From assembly GCA_963779755.1 (NCBI GenBank), contig CAVZZO010000001.1:352001-416000 (forward strand): DNA of 64,000 nt, given 5' to 3'. Position 1 is the stretch's first letter. Every line of letters begins with the position of its first letter. The notes beneath the pieces are model-generated. The model made no database searches. It saw only the letters and a program-made list of their open reading frames with translations, and was not told the origin of the DNA. Shown piece by piece: positions 1-9,606 of the stretch. The translations under genes and the position numbers were made by a program. The stretch is from an uncultured Gemmatimonadales bacterium (GTDB lineage: Bacteria; Gemmatimonadota; Gemmatimonadetes; Gemmatimonadales; GWC2-71-9).

Positions 1-249
1 CTGGTCGCTTGCCGTGAGGTATCCCTCCGGGATGGCCTGCGAGGGCCACTCGACCATCCGGACGTCGTTCTTGCCCACGACCGTCCCGACCGGGAGCGGA
101 TGGGTTGCAACCACCACCCGGCCCGGGTCCGCGGTGGTATGGAGCTGATCCAGCGCCCGGGGCCGGAGGTACTGCAGCGCAATGAATGCCGCGGCCGTAC
201 CTGAGGCCAGCGCCAGCAGCAACAGAAGCCAGGGTCGAAATCCTTTCAT
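1..249 (-). CDS. cpaB: Flp pilus assembly protein CpaB/RcpC, N-terminal part (runs off window)
   Basis: Translates MKGFRPWLLLLLALASGTAAAFIALQYL...VVVATHPLPVGTVVGKNDVRMVEWP: TM helix plus SAF-domain start; follows tadE in a Tad locus. Confidence 0.8.
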   Translation of the reverse strand, partial: MKGFRPWLLLLLALASGTAAAFIALQYLRPRALDQLHTTADPGRVVVATHPLPVGTVVGKNDVRMVEWPSQAIPEGYLTASDQ

Positions 250-264
250 GCGTTCCCTCGACTC

Positions 265-681
265 TCACTCATTGCGCATAATGCTCAGGGAGGTCAGCGT
301 GATTGACCGCTGCCCCGTGGTCCACCCGATGACCGGCCCCAGCAGAAGAAACTGATAGGGGTAATCAACTCGGACTGAGTCCGCTGTCCCCGCTCCGGCA
401 CGCCACCCGCCGATGGTCACGATGGTCGAAGCGGCGTAGCCATTCAGGCCGCCATTCTTCAGGACGTTACGAACTGCCGAGTCTACCGTCGCCGGCGTTG
501 CGGCAGGGTTGGCGACCGCTGCCGTGCGGGCGCCTTCGCGGGCCGCGTTGGTGACCACCTGATGGTTGCGCCAGGCGCGAGCCATCTCGATCAAGCCGAT
601 CGACAGCAGCAGGATCACCGGTAGGATGATTGCCAGCTCTACGGCCGCCTGCCCTCGGTCGCGCCGTCTGTCTCGCTTCAC
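265..681 (-). CDS. tadE: TadE/TadG-like pseudopilin
   Basis: RGQAAVELAIILP prepilin site and NAAREGAR motif; GTG start overlaps upstream stop, GGAGGT RBS. Confidence 0.88.
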   Translation of the reverse strand: MKRDRRRDRGQAAVELAIILPVILLLSIGLIEMARAWRNHQVVTNAAREGARTAAVANPAATPATVDSAVRNVLKNGGLNGYAASTIVTIGGWRAGAGTADSVRVDYPYQFLLLGPVIGWTTGQRSITLTSLSIMRNE

Positions 682-1211
682 GGCCAGGTACCTCCCAGGA
701 ACCACCACAGCACGGCTCCCAACGCGATCGGCACTCCGTAGGGAAGGGTCAGCGCCCGGTCGAGCGAGATGTGCGGCTGCAACCGTCTTCGTTCGACCGT
801 GGTGAACAGACGCCGGACATTGAGAAGCGCGGGCACGATCACCCCCCGCCGTCCGGCCTCGAACACCGCCATCAGGCCACCGAGCAGGGCGATGAGCAGC
901 ATCGCACCCGGCAGCCGGCTCAACCCCAGAAATGCGCCCATCACCACCAGCAACTTGCCGTCTCCGGCTCCCCACACGCGCAGAGCGTAGAGCGAAAGTC
1001 CGACCGCCAGCGCGAGGCCCATTCCCTCGAGTCCTTCCAGCACTCCCCGCGTGCTCAGACCCAGGCGGAGAAGGAATGCGAGAAGTACGCCACTAACGAC
1101 AAGCGCATTCGGAATCCGCCGGCTCCGGATGTCCCACAGGGCGGCCGCACCGGCAACGGCGGTCAGCGCCCCACCCTGCAGCAGTACGATCGTCTCTCTG
1201 CTCACCGACAT
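678..1211 (-). CDS. cpaA: A24 prepilin peptidase (TadV/CpaA)
   Basis: WDIRSRRIPN, WGAGDGKL and LPYGVPIALG motifs. Confidence 0.9.
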   Translation of the reverse strand: MSVSRETIVLLQGGALTAVAGAAALWDIRSRRIPNALVVSGVLLAFLLRLGLSTRGVLEGLEGMGLALAVGLSLYALRVWGAGDGKLLVVMGAFLGLSRLPGAMLLIALLGGLMAVFEAGRRGVIVPALLNVRRLFTTVERRRLQPHISLDRALTLPYGVPIALGAVLWWFLGGTWP

Positions 1212-1226
1212 CGTTCGCCCGATTCC

Positions 1227-1264
1227 GGTCGGCAAAGGGCCGGGGTGGCCGGCCCTCGTCCGAC
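1227..1264 (-). terminator. Stem-loop between flp and cpaA (terminator/attenuator)
   Basis: AGGGCCGG-N5-CCGGCCCT stem, extendable by GTCGG/CCGAC; TTT follows on the minus strand. Confidence 0.55.
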
Positions 1265-1280
1265 AGGATTCCGGATGACC

Positions 1281-1454
1281 TCAGGGCGCGGAGTTCAGCG
1301 AGTCCTTGGCCGTGCTGAACACGTTGCTGATGGAGTTGCGGAAGATGATCACGATTGCGATCAGGAACACGGCGACCAGAGCCACCATCAAGGCGTACTC
1401 GGTCATGGTCTGCCCACTCTCTTCCTGCCAGAAACTTTTGAGCAGCGCGCTCAT
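1281..1454 (-). CDS. flp: Flp family type IVb pilin
   Basis: 57 aa, EESGQTMTEYALMVALVAV Flp motif, GGAGG RBS. Confidence 0.92.
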   Translation of the reverse strand: MSALLKSFWQEESGQTMTEYALMVALVAVFLIAIVIIFRNSISNVFSTAKDSLNSAP

Positions 1455-2006
1455 GTTGCCCCCTCCGGCCTTCAGGCCACTATTGGTGATTAGATCCTCG
1501 ACACTGTTGTACGGCTGGACGTCCACAGCTTATGCAGATTGCGTGCGTGATTCGTCGCTCCTTTTCTAAACGCTTGTACCAGAATGGGTTTAGCTAACCG
1601 TGTGCCGGCCATATCTGCTGTGGCGTGCAGGCCGGGGTGTTTCACGATGCCAACATTCGGTCCAATACCCCCTTATCGCCGCTCTGCCGGGAGTCCTTCC
1701 GGCCGTCGACCTCCGGCTAACTAGCTGCTTTGTCATGGGCTTGATCTGTTTTGGCGGCACCGCACTCGCGGATTCGTCATTTTGCAACAAGTGTTGGTGG
1801 CGTGCCTCAAGGGAGTCTGACCGCAGGGATTCGGGCAGATAGAGGCACTTCCGAGGGTCTGTTCTCCGTTGCACCCTGTCGAGTCCGGAGCCGCGGGTGG
1901 CCCGGTTCCTGCTTTGCAATGAGGATTTCCGGGTGTGCCTTGGTGTGCGCTTGCGTCTGGCTCCCTTTCATAGTTTCAGGAATACGCATCCCCGAAATCT
2001 CTCTTA

Positions 2007-2690
2007 ATGCCTGAACCCATTCTTGTAGCCCTTCACACTCCTGTAACGGCCCCGCACCAGCGGCGACACTGGTCCGACTGGGGGGGGCTCGTTTTCTGGA
2101 GCGCGCTGGCGGCGCTGACCTGGCGCCGGTCTGGCGGGCTGGGTCTGCTGATGCTACCGGTGTTTGCGGGAGAGATCCTTCTGGCGCTGGCGTTTCTCAC
2201 CCGGGCACCTTCGGTGCGACAGCTCCCCGGCTGGGCGCCCAGGCTCCGCGCCTACGCCTGTACTTTTCTCTTCCCCATAGGCCTCCTGGTGGCGGCGCAC
2301 TACCGGCCGGCCTGGGTCAGCCCCACCCCATGGTTTACCGTCCGGGCGTTCGGCCTCCTGCTGTGGGCGCTTGGTCTTCTGTTCCTGCTCTGGCCTCTGT
2401 TCTATCTCCGACGCGCCTTCAGCATCATCCCGGCGGCGCGAGTGCTCATTCGTGAGGGTCCCTACCGCTTCGTGCGCCATCCGATGTATACGATTTATGT
2501 GCTCAGTTATACCGCGACCGTACTGGTGCGGCTGACGCCGGCCATGGCGCTCCTGCTCACAGCATGGGGAGTGCTGCTGGCAGCGCGCATCCGGGACGAG
2601 GAACGCGTGCTCAGTGCGGCCTTTCCGGAGTACGACGAGTACCGGCGGCGGGCGGGCGCGATTCTGCCCCGTCCGGGTGTGCTGCACTGA
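2007..2690 (+). CDS. Isoprenylcysteine carboxyl methyltransferase family membrane protein
   Basis: GPYRFVRHPMY and RIRDEERVL..F.EYDEYRRR motifs; multiple TM segments. Confidence 0.8.
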   Translation: MPEPILVALHTPVTAPHQRRHWSDWGGLVFWSALAALTWRRSGGLGLLMLPVFAGEILLALAFLTRAPSVRQLPGWAPRLRAYACTFLFPIGLLVAAHYRPAWVSPTPWFTVRAFGLLLWALGLLFLLWPLFYLRRAFSIIPAARVLIREGPYRFVRHPMYTIYVLSYTATVLVRLTPAMALLLTAWGVLLAARIRDEERVLSAAFPEYDEYRRRAGAILPRPGVLH

Positions 2691-4204
2691 TGTCTGCCGG
2701 CCCCTCGGCGGCTCAGCGACCCCGCGATTCGCTCCAGCCGGCGGTGTTCGATCTGGTATTCGTGCTCTGGGCGGTGGTGCTCCCCCTCGGATTTCACCGG
2801 CGACTTCTCAATAGCGACGGCGATCTGGCCCGGCACCTTCGCGTGGGCCAGTGGATGCTGGGCCATGGGTCGGTGCTGCGCACCGACATCTTCTCCTATC
2901 CCATGGCGGGGCGCCCGCTGGTTCCTTTCGAATGGCTGAGCGAGATCGCTTTCACGCTTGCCTGGCGGCTGGGCGGGCTTCCCGGGGTGGCGATTTTCTC
3001 CGGGCTCCTGATCGGACTGATCTATGCCCTCCTGGCCCGGTTTCTACTCCGGCGCGGGGTGGATCCGCTGCTGGCCTATCTCGTTACCATGGCGGCAGCG
3101 GTCGGCGGTGCGGCGCACTGGCTCGCGCGGCCCCATCTGTTCACCCTCCTGGGCACGGTCCTCCTGCTGCACCTGCTCGAACCGCGAGGACGGGCGCGGC
3201 TCTGGCCCTTCGCTCTCCTTTTCCTCTTCTGGGCCAACCTGCACGGCGGCTTCCTGTATGGCCTCGGACTGATCGGCGTCTACCTGGCGGGAAGCCTGAT
3301 CGAAGCCCTCGAGCGGCCTCGCCGTTCCGCCGCACTGGCCCGTGCGCGGCATCTGGGAGCCGCGCTCCTGGCGGGACTGCTGGCCTCACTGGTGACGCCG
3401 TCCGGAACCCGCCTCTACACCCATCTTCTCGGAGCGCTGGCGCAGCCGGGGGTGGTCAATAACACCTCGGAGTACCTGTCCCCCGATTTCCACGGGTCGA
3501 CTGCTCGTATCTTCCTGGCCCTGCTGCTTCTGACGATTGCCGCCATTTCGCTGGCGGGACGGCGAATGTCGTGGCCTCGCCTGCTGGCGGTGCTGGCGAA
3601 TCTCGCGCTGGCGCTGATGGCGCGCAGGAACATTCCGCTTTACGCCGCAACCGTGCTGCCGCTGCTGGCTCTGGAATACGATGACGCGTGGCGGCGGTTG
3701 CCGGAGTTCGGGGTGCGGCGAGTCTTCGCCCGGGATGAAGCGCGCCGCCGTTCCGGTGTGTGGTCTGCCGCCATAACCATCTGCATGGTGACACTGGCCC
3801 TGCTCCATGGCCGGATAGGCGGACGGCAACTCCTGCCCTCCGGTTTTGACCGGAGAGACTTCCCGGTCGATGCCGTCGCCCGGGCCCGTCAGGCCGGTCT
3901 CCGGGGACGGCTGTTCAATGAGTTCCTCTGGGGGGGCTATCTCATCTACTCCTGGCCGGAGCAGCGGGTGTTCATCGATGGCGGTTCCTACGATGACAAG
4001 ATGGTCCATGCCTATGCCCAGATCCTGTTTCGCACCCCGGGCTGGCGCGAAGCTCTGCGACGATGGGACGTCTCCCTGGTGCTGGTGCCGCCGGAGTCCG
4101 CCCTGGCCGACGAACTGGAGGCGGACCCCGAATGGAGCAGCTGGTACCGCGACAGCACGGCCATCCTGCTTCGACGACGGGAGCGTGACGCCGCGAGTCG
4201 CTAG
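2690..4204 (+). CDS. Polytopic membrane protein, putative GT-C fold glycosyltransferase
   Basis: DGDLARHLRVGQW, WANLHGGF, FNEFLWGGYL, VFIDG motifs; ATG overlaps upstream TGA. Confidence 0.6.
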   Translation: MSAGPSAAQRPRDSLQPAVFDLVFVLWAVVLPLGFHRRLLNSDGDLARHLRVGQWMLGHGSVLRTDIFSYPMAGRPLVPFEWLSEIAFTLAWRLGGLPGVAIFSGLLIGLIYALLARFLLRRGVDPLLAYLVTMAAAVGGAAHWLARPHLFTLLGTVLLLHLLEPRGRARLWPFALLFLFWANLHGGFLYGLGLIGVYLAGSLIEALERPRRSAALARARHLGAALLAGLLASLVTPSGTRLYTHLLGALAQPGVVNNTSEYLSPDFHGSTARIFLALLLLTIAAISLAGRRMSWPRLLAVLANLALALMARRNIPLYAATVLPLLALEYDDAWRRLPEFGVRRVFARDEARRRSGVWSAAITICMVTLALLHGRIGGRQLLPSGFDRRDFPVDAVARARQAGLRGRLFNEFLWGGYLIYSWPEQRVFIDGGSYDDKMVHAYAQILFRTPGWREALRRWDVSLVLVPPESALADELEADPEWSSWYRDSTAILLRRRERDAASR

Positions 4205-4205
4205 A

Positions 4206-4298
4206 TAACTGCAACACGGAGACCCGGAGCACCGGAGATTCACGCAGAAGCAGTTTCTCCGTGGCCCTCCGAAGCTCCGTGTCACCGTGTTGCAGTTA
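4206..4298. repeat. Long imperfect palindromic element (CACGGAGA-type units)
   Basis: TAACTGCAACACGGAGACCCGGAGCACCGGAG ... CTCCGAAGCTCCGTGTCACCGTGTTGCAGTTA; 32-bp arms with 4 mismatches. Confidence 0.85.
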
Positions 4299-4439
4299 CG
4301 GGACCTGAGCCAACCCGCAGTACCAAGACGCCGGCAGGGTCCACAACGCGTCCTTCCAGATTGGTTCCGTGACCCACCATTGCTCCGACCATCTGCCTTT
4401 TCCCCACACGATTTCCGGAAGCGCCGCTAGATTCTCTGC

Positions 4440-6326
4440 ATGAACCGCTACGATGTCATCATCGTCGGAGGGGGCCACGCCGGAGCCGAGGCAGCTACCG
4501 CCGCCGCGCGCTCAGGCGCCGCGACACTTCTCCTGACGCAGAATCTCGAAACCATCGGCCAGATGTCCTGCAACCCCGCGATCGGCGGGATCGCCAAGGG
4601 CACGGTGGCCCGCGAGGTCGACGCGCTGGGCGGCATCATGGGGCGCGCCACCGACCGGGCGGGGATTCAGTTCCGCATGCTCAACCTTTCCAAGGGGCCG
4701 GCCGTGTGGTCACCCCGTGCGCAGTGCGATCGCGCCCTCTACCGCCGGGCAGTGCGGACGCTGCTGGAGGAGCAGCCGCGTCTGGATTTTGTCCAGGCCA
4801 CCGTCGCCGGGCTGGAGATGCAAGGAGCCAGAGTGGTGGGCGTGCGGACGTCCGAGGGGCGTACCTTTCATGCGCGGGCGGTGGTGATCACCGCAGGGAC
4901 CTTTCTGCGAGGGCGGATCCACCTGGGACTCGATACCAGGATCGCCGCAGGCCGGGCAGGGGATCCTCCTTCAGTTGAGCTTGCGCAAGTTATTGAAGGA
5001 CTTGGACTTACAGTAGAACGCTTCAAGACGGGAACCCCACCAAGAATCGATGGGCGCACGGTAGATTTCTCTCGGCTCACCCGTCAGGACGGCGATGCGT
5101 CTCCCTTCTGGTTTTCCTTCTATGCCCGGGCTCGCCACCCGGAGCAGCGACCCTGCTACCTGACCTGGGCCGGGGAGGAAGTGAAGGAGATCATTCTCCG
5201 CCACCTGAACGAGTCAGCTCTCTACGGGGGTGTGATCAGTGGGCGTGGTCCACGCTACTGTCCCTCGGTCGAAGACAAGGTGGTGAAGTTCCCCGATGCG
5301 CCGCGGCACCAAGTATTTCTCGAGCCCGAGGGCCTGGACACAGCCGAGCTGTACGTTAACGGCCTTTCCACGTCGCTGCCGGCGGCAGTCCAGCTGGCGT
5401 TTCTGCGGCGGGTTCCTGGCCTGGAACGGGCCAGAATGACGCGGCCCGGGTACGCCATCGAGTACGACTACTTCCCGCCAACCCAGCTGCGGCCCACGCT
5501 GGCGCTGCGGGAGGTCGAGGGGCTGTACTTTGCCGGCCAGATCAACGGCACCACCGGCTACGAGGAAGCCGCCGGCCAGGGAGTGCTGGCCGGGCTCAAT
5601 GCCGCCGCCGAGGCGCTGGAACAGGAGCCGGTGGTACTGGGGAGAGATGAGGCCTATCTGGGGGTGCTGATCGACGATCTGGTTACGCGCGGGGTGGACG
5701 AGCCATACCGGCTGTTCACCTCGAGGGCCGAGTACCGACTCCTGCTGAGGCAGGACAATGCCTTGCGCCGTCTCCTTCCCCTGGCCGACCGCCGCGGGTT
5801 ACTGAACGACGCAGAATTGCGAGCAGGGTATGCGAGGCTGGAGGAGGAAGAGCGCATCATGGGGCTGGCCCGCTCGACGGCGGTGCCTCCGATGATGGCG
5901 AATCCCATCCTGCTCTCCGCGGGGAGCAGCCCGGTCTCGGAGCCGGTGCGGGCGTTCGAGCTGGCTCGGCGCCCCGGGGTGTCTTTGTCGGACCTGCTCC
6001 AGGCGGCGGGCGTTCCCGCGGACCCCGAGCACGCTTCCTGGGCCGAGGTCGAACTGAAATATCAGGGGTATATCCAGCGGGAGCGGGAATCCGCCAGACG
6101 TCTGGTGGAGATGGACGCGTTCAACCTCCCTGAAGACCTGCCTTGGCTCAGCCTGAGCGCAATATCCTACGAAGCGCGAGAAAAGCTGGCGCGTAGCCGC
6201 CCAGTCTCGCTGGGCCAGGCGAGCCGGATTCCTGGCGTATCCCCCAGCGACCTTCAGGGGCTGGTGCTGGAGGTAACCCGTCGTGGCGTTTCACGTGAAA
6301 CACCGCCAGCCCAGTCCGGGACCTGA
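4440..6326 (+). CDS. mnmG: tRNA uridine-5-carboxymethylaminomethyl modification enzyme MnmG (GidA)
   Basis: [65 protein letters not shown]. Confidence 0.98.
   Translation: MNRYDVIIVGGGHAGAEAATAAARSGAATLLLTQNLETIGQMSCNPAIGGIAKGTVAREVDALGGIMGRATDRAGIQFRMLNLSKGPAVWSPRAQCDRALYRRAVRTLLEEQPRLDFVQATVAGLEMQGARVVGVRTSEGRTFHARAVVITAGTFLRGRIHLGLDTRIAAGRAGDPPSVELAQVIEGLGLTVERFKTGTPPRIDGRTVDFSRLTRQDGDASPFWFSFYARARHPEQRPCYLTWAGEEVKEIILRHLNESALYGGVISGRGPRYCPSVEDKVVKFPDAPRHQVFLEPEGLDTAELYVNGLSTSLPAAVQLAFLRRVPGLERARMTRPGYAIEYDYFPPTQLRPTLALREVEGLYFAGQINGTTGYEEAAGQGVLAGLNAAAEALEQEPVVLGRDEAYLGVLIDDLVTRGVDEPYRLFTSRAEYRLLLRQDNALRRLLPLADRRGLLNDAELRAGYARLEEEERIMGLARSTAVPPMMANPILLSAGSSPVSEPVRAFELARRPGVSLSDLLQAAGVPADPEHASWAEVELKYQGYIQRERESARRLVEMDAFNLPEDLPWLSLSAISYEAREKLARSRPVSLGQASRIPGVSPSDLQGLVLEVTRRGVSRETPPAQSGT
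6287..6302. promoter_or_regulatory. parS site 1 (inside mnmG 3' end)
   Basis: CGTTTCACGTGAAACA; perfect 14-bp core GTTTCACGTGAAC-type palindrome (GTTTCACGTGAAAC) upstream of parAB. Confidence 0.93.
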
Positions 6327-6333
6327 TCGAGCA

Positions 6334-6349
6334 CGTTTCACGTGAAACA
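6334..6349. promoter_or_regulatory. parS site 2
   Basis: Second identical CGTTTCACGTGAAACA starting 47 bp after the first. Confidence 0.93.
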
Positions 6350-6478
6350 CTCTTGGTCCCACCCCGTAACCCGTAGCTCCTGGTTTCTTCTTCCCCTATA
6401 TTGCCCTGGCCACGCGAGAGCCACTCGGGTGGATGCCTTAGGATAAGTTAATATATAACAACGAGTTGTGAACGAAGC

Positions 6479-7306
6479 ATGGGACGGGTCATCGCTATCG
6501 CCAATCAGAAGGGCGGCGTGGGGAAGACCACCACCGCCATTAATCTCTCCGCTTCCCTCGCCATCGCCGAGAAGAAAACCCTGCTGGTGGACGCCGATCC
6601 CCAGGGCAACGCGACGAGCGGGATCGGGGTCGAACGGGATCAGCTGCGGTATTCGCTCTACGACGTGCTGATCGATGGCCGGCCGGTGACCGAGGTTCTC
6701 CGCACCGACGAGCGCCTGAGCGCGCTCAGCGTCGTGCCCGCCACGCAGGACCTGGTGGGCGCGGAGCTGGAACTGGTAGACCGGTTGCAGCGTGAGTATG
6801 TGCTGCGGCGCGCGCTGGATGAAGTACGGGACGACTATGATTTCATTCTGATCGATTGTCCACCGTCGCTCGGACTGCTCACGCTGAACGTGCTGACCGC
6901 GGCGGACGGGGTCATCATTCCCATCCAGTGCGAGTACTACGCGCTGGAAGGCATCAGCCAGTTGCTCAATACCATCAAGCTGGTGCAGCAGAACTTCAAT
7001 ACGGATCTCGCCATCGACGGCGTCCTGCTCACGATGTACGACTCGCGGCTCAATCTCTGCCGCCAGGTAGCGGGAGACGCCAAGGAGTACTTCGCGCAGC
7101 GGATGTTCGGGACCGTCATCCCGCGCAACGTGCGGCTGGCCGAGGCGCCCAGCTTCGGCAAGCCGATTCTGCTCTACGATGTGCAATCCGTCGGCGCCAA
7201 GAGCTACCTCGCGGTCGCCCAGGAGTTGATGCGTCGCGCCGCCGCGCCGCCGCCGCCCGAGGAACTCCCGGGGCAGGCGGCGTCCCACGCCCTGCCGGAG
7301 ATGTGA
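6479..7306 (+). CDS. parA: Chromosome partitioning ATPase ParA/Soj
   Basis: ANQKGGVGKTT, DADPQGNAT, IDCPPSLG, PIQCEYYALEG, IPRNVRLAEAPSFG. Confidence 0.97.
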   Translation: MGRVIAIANQKGGVGKTTTAINLSASLAIAEKKTLLVDADPQGNATSGIGVERDQLRYSLYDVLIDGRPVTEVLRTDERLSALSVVPATQDLVGAELELVDRLQREYVLRRALDEVRDDYDFILIDCPPSLGLLTLNVLTAADGVIIPIQCEYYALEGISQLLNTIKLVQQNFNTDLAIDGVLLTMYDSRLNLCRQVAGDAKEYFAQRMFGTVIPRNVRLAEAPSFGKPILLYDVQSVGAKSYLAVAQELMRRAAAPPPPEELPGQAASHALPEM

Positions 7307-7308
7307 AC

Positions 7309-8187
7309 ATGAGCGAGACTCGCCGGTTGGGCCGAGGACTGGAGGCGTTGCTGGGACCGATCTCGAAGGAACAGGCTGAGCGCTCGGGCGAGCTCACCGA
7401 GGTGCCGGTGGCGGCGGTTCGTCCCAACCCTTACCAGCCCCGGAGGGAAATCAACGAGGAAGCGCTGCAGGAGCTGACCGCCTCACTGCAGGCCTCCGGT
7501 CTGCTGCAGCCGATCGTGGTGCGGAACAATCACGGCTCGTTTCAGCTCATTGCCGGTGAACGGCGCTGGCGCGCGGCGCAGCGGCTGGGCTGGAACCGGA
7601 TCCCCGCGGTGGTTAAAGATGTGGACGACCGGACGCTGCTGACTCTCGCGCTGATCGAGAACATTCAGCGCGATCAGCTGAGCGCGGTGGAAGCGGCCAC
7701 CAGCTATCAGCGGCTGATCGACGAGTTCAAGATGACGCAGGCGGAGGTGGCGCGGCTGGTGGGCAAGGACCGCTCGACCGTGGCCAACGCCCTGCGCCTT
7801 CTGGCGCTGCCGGAGCAGGTCCGCACTCTGCTCCACCAGGGACAGATCAGCGAAGGGCACGCGCGAGCCCTGCTGGGGCTCTCCGATCATACCGCGATGA
7901 CCCGGCTGGCCCAGGACGTCACCGCCCATGGCTGGTCGGTCCGCGACCTGGAAGCCCGGGTCCGTGGTGAACGCCCGGGCCGCCGGATCCGCCTGACCCC
8001 CAAGGAGCGGCCGGCCGGCTCGCCGGAGCAGCGCAAGGTGGAAGAGGTGCTGCGCCGGCGCCTGGGCACCGACGTACGGGTCACCGCCAAGCGGCGGGGG
8101 CGGGGCCTGCTGTCCATCAGCTACTACTCCAACGACGACCTCAGCAGGATCCTGGAGCTGATTCTGGGAGAGCCATTCGAGGGATGA
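7309..8187 (+). CDS. parB: Chromosome partitioning protein ParB/Spo0J
   Basis: LGRGLEALL, NPYQPR, AGERRWRAA, ENIQR, HTH region, SEGHARALL. Confidence 0.97.
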   Translation: MSETRRLGRGLEALLGPISKEQAERSGELTEVPVAAVRPNPYQPRREINEEALQELTASLQASGLLQPIVVRNNHGSFQLIAGERRWRAAQRLGWNRIPAVVKDVDDRTLLTLALIENIQRDQLSAVEAATSYQRLIDEFKMTQAEVARLVGKDRSTVANALRLLALPEQVRTLLHQGQISEGHARALLGLSDHTAMTRLAQDVTAHGWSVRDLEARVRGERPGRRIRLTPKERPAGSPEQRKVEEVLRRRLGTDVRVTAKRRGRGLLSISYYSNDDLSRILELILGEPFEG

Positions 8188-8981
8188 ACGACCAGCGGCA
8201 ACCCGGCTACACCGTCATCGTGCACCGGGACGGACGGATCGAATCACGCTCCTTCCATGTCCCCTTCTGGGCCTGGCGGTCGGGTATGATCGGCGGCGGC
8301 GTCCTGGCCGCGGTCCTGTTGCTGGGTCTCGCATTGTACCTGCCAGTCATACGCCTTGCGGCACGGGTCCCGGGCCTGCAGGCCGAGGTGGCCCGGCTCC
8401 GGAGCGATAACGAGAAGATCCGGACCCTGGCGGTGGAGCTGGACAGCCTGGAATCCCAGTACGGAAAGGTGCGCCAGATGCTCGGCGCCGACACCCGCGA
8501 CTCCGACCGGGCGGATACCACCCAACTTGCGGTCGCACCGCGCATTGTCGTTCGAGGCGACCGGGCGGCAGACTACTACCCCGCCGGTCCGGGGATTCCT
8601 GCCTTCTGGCCGCTGGACGATTCAGGGTTTGTCACCCGCGGCTATCTCGATTCCCGCAACGCCGACGAGCCGCACGCTGGCATCGATATCGCGGTGCCGG
8701 TAGGGACGATGGTCCGCGCGTCCGGCGGCGGCAGCGTGGCCGAGACGGGCAGCGATCCGGAGTACGGCACCTACGTGCTGATTCAGCATCCCGACAACTA
8801 CCAGTCCATGTATGGCCATCTCTCTCGCAGCCTGGTGGCGGCGGGAGACTCGGTCGCCGCGGGCGCGGTCATCGCACTGTCGGGCAACAGCGGCCGGTCG
8901 AGCGCGCCGCATCTTCACTTTGAAATCCGGCGCTCGGGCCGCACGCTCGACCCATTGACGCTGGTGAAGGAGGGACAGTAG
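8184..8981 (+). CDS. M23 family metallopeptidase with TM anchor and coiled coil
   Basis: HAGIDIA, YGHL, GNSGRSSAPHLHFEIR. Confidence 0.92.
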   Translation: MNDQRQPGYTVIVHRDGRIESRSFHVPFWAWRSGMIGGGVLAAVLLLGLALYLPVIRLAARVPGLQAEVARLRSDNEKIRTLAVELDSLESQYGKVRQMLGADTRDSDRADTTQLAVAPRIVVRGDRAADYYPAGPGIPAFWPLDDSGFVTRGYLDSRNADEPHAGIDIAVPVGTMVRASGGGSVAETGSDPEYGTYVLIQHPDNYQSMYGHLSRSLVAAGDSVAAGAVIALSGNSGRSSAPHLHFEIRRSGRTLDPLTLVKEGQ

Positions 8982-8983
8982 CC

Positions 8984-9478
8984 ATGGCGATCTTCTCGCA
9001 ACAGCCCCAGCAGCGGCCGGACCGCCCGGCCGAGGAGCCGCGCAAGCGCAGCGACGGCAGCACCGGTTTCTCTATCGTGGGGCCGGGCATGTCGATCGTC
9101 GGCGATCTCACCACCGACGGCGTGGTGAAGGTCGAAGGACGGATCCAGGGGTCGGTCAAGGCAGCCCAGCAGGTGCTGGTGGCCCAGGGAGCAGTCATCG
9201 AGGGCGACATCGAGACCCGCGAGGCCATCGTGGGTGGTGAGGTGCGTGGAGTGGTGCGTGCCACTGAGCGGATCGAGATCCAGGGTACCTGCCTGGTGGA
9301 GGGGGACATCGTCACGCCCCGCCTCACCATTCTTGAGGGAGGGCAGGTTAACGGCGAGATCAAGATGGGTGACCGGGCCCGCCCCCAGCCTGAGCCGGCG
9401 GTCAAGAAGGAGTCAAACGTTCCGGCGGGGCTGCCGGGCAAGCCGGTCGAAAAGCCCGAGCTTTCCCACATTCGTTGA
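8984..9478 (+). CDS. Bactofilin (polymer-forming cytoskeletal protein)
   Basis: Beta-helix repeats SIVGPGMSIVGDL..DGVVKVEGRIQG..IEGDI..VEGDIVTPRLTILEGG; typical M23-bactofilin pair. Confidence 0.9.
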   Translation: MAIFSQQPQQRPDRPAEEPRKRSDGSTGFSIVGPGMSIVGDLTTDGVVKVEGRIQGSVKAAQQVLVAQGAVIEGDIETREAIVGGEVRGVVRATERIEIQGTCLVEGDIVTPRLTILEGGQVNGEIKMGDRARPQPEPAVKKESNVPAGLPGKPVEKPELSHIR

Positions 9479-9606
9479 TAAGTGCCCCGAATCTGTGGAT
9501 ATACAAGAGCTTACGCTGCCAGCCTTCGCACGATCATATCGGCTCAATGCCTAAGTATTGCTATCGTGGCGCCATTATGTCGTTATAGTGGCGCCATGAG
9601 AGCGCA

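Noticed and set aside
1191..1211. Peptide VSRET at the start of the prepilin peptidase, as encoded by parS
   Set aside because: DNA is GTGAGCAGAGAGACG, not the parS palindrome; coincidence
1533..1548. Possible sigma54 promoter for flp (ACGCACGCAATCTGCA on the minus strand)
   Set aside because: Has CG instead of the invariant GG at -24; not supportable
1638..1650. parS half-site TGTTTCACG in the flp upstream region
   Set aside because: Second half absent
4965..5070. AT-richer patch within mnmG
   Set aside because: Protein stays conserved (FKTGTPPR); no repeat, box or boundary found
9567..9596. Xer/dif-like arm-6-arm geometry
   Set aside because: Lacks the XerD arm TTATGTTAAAT and lies near parS, whereas dif is terminus-located
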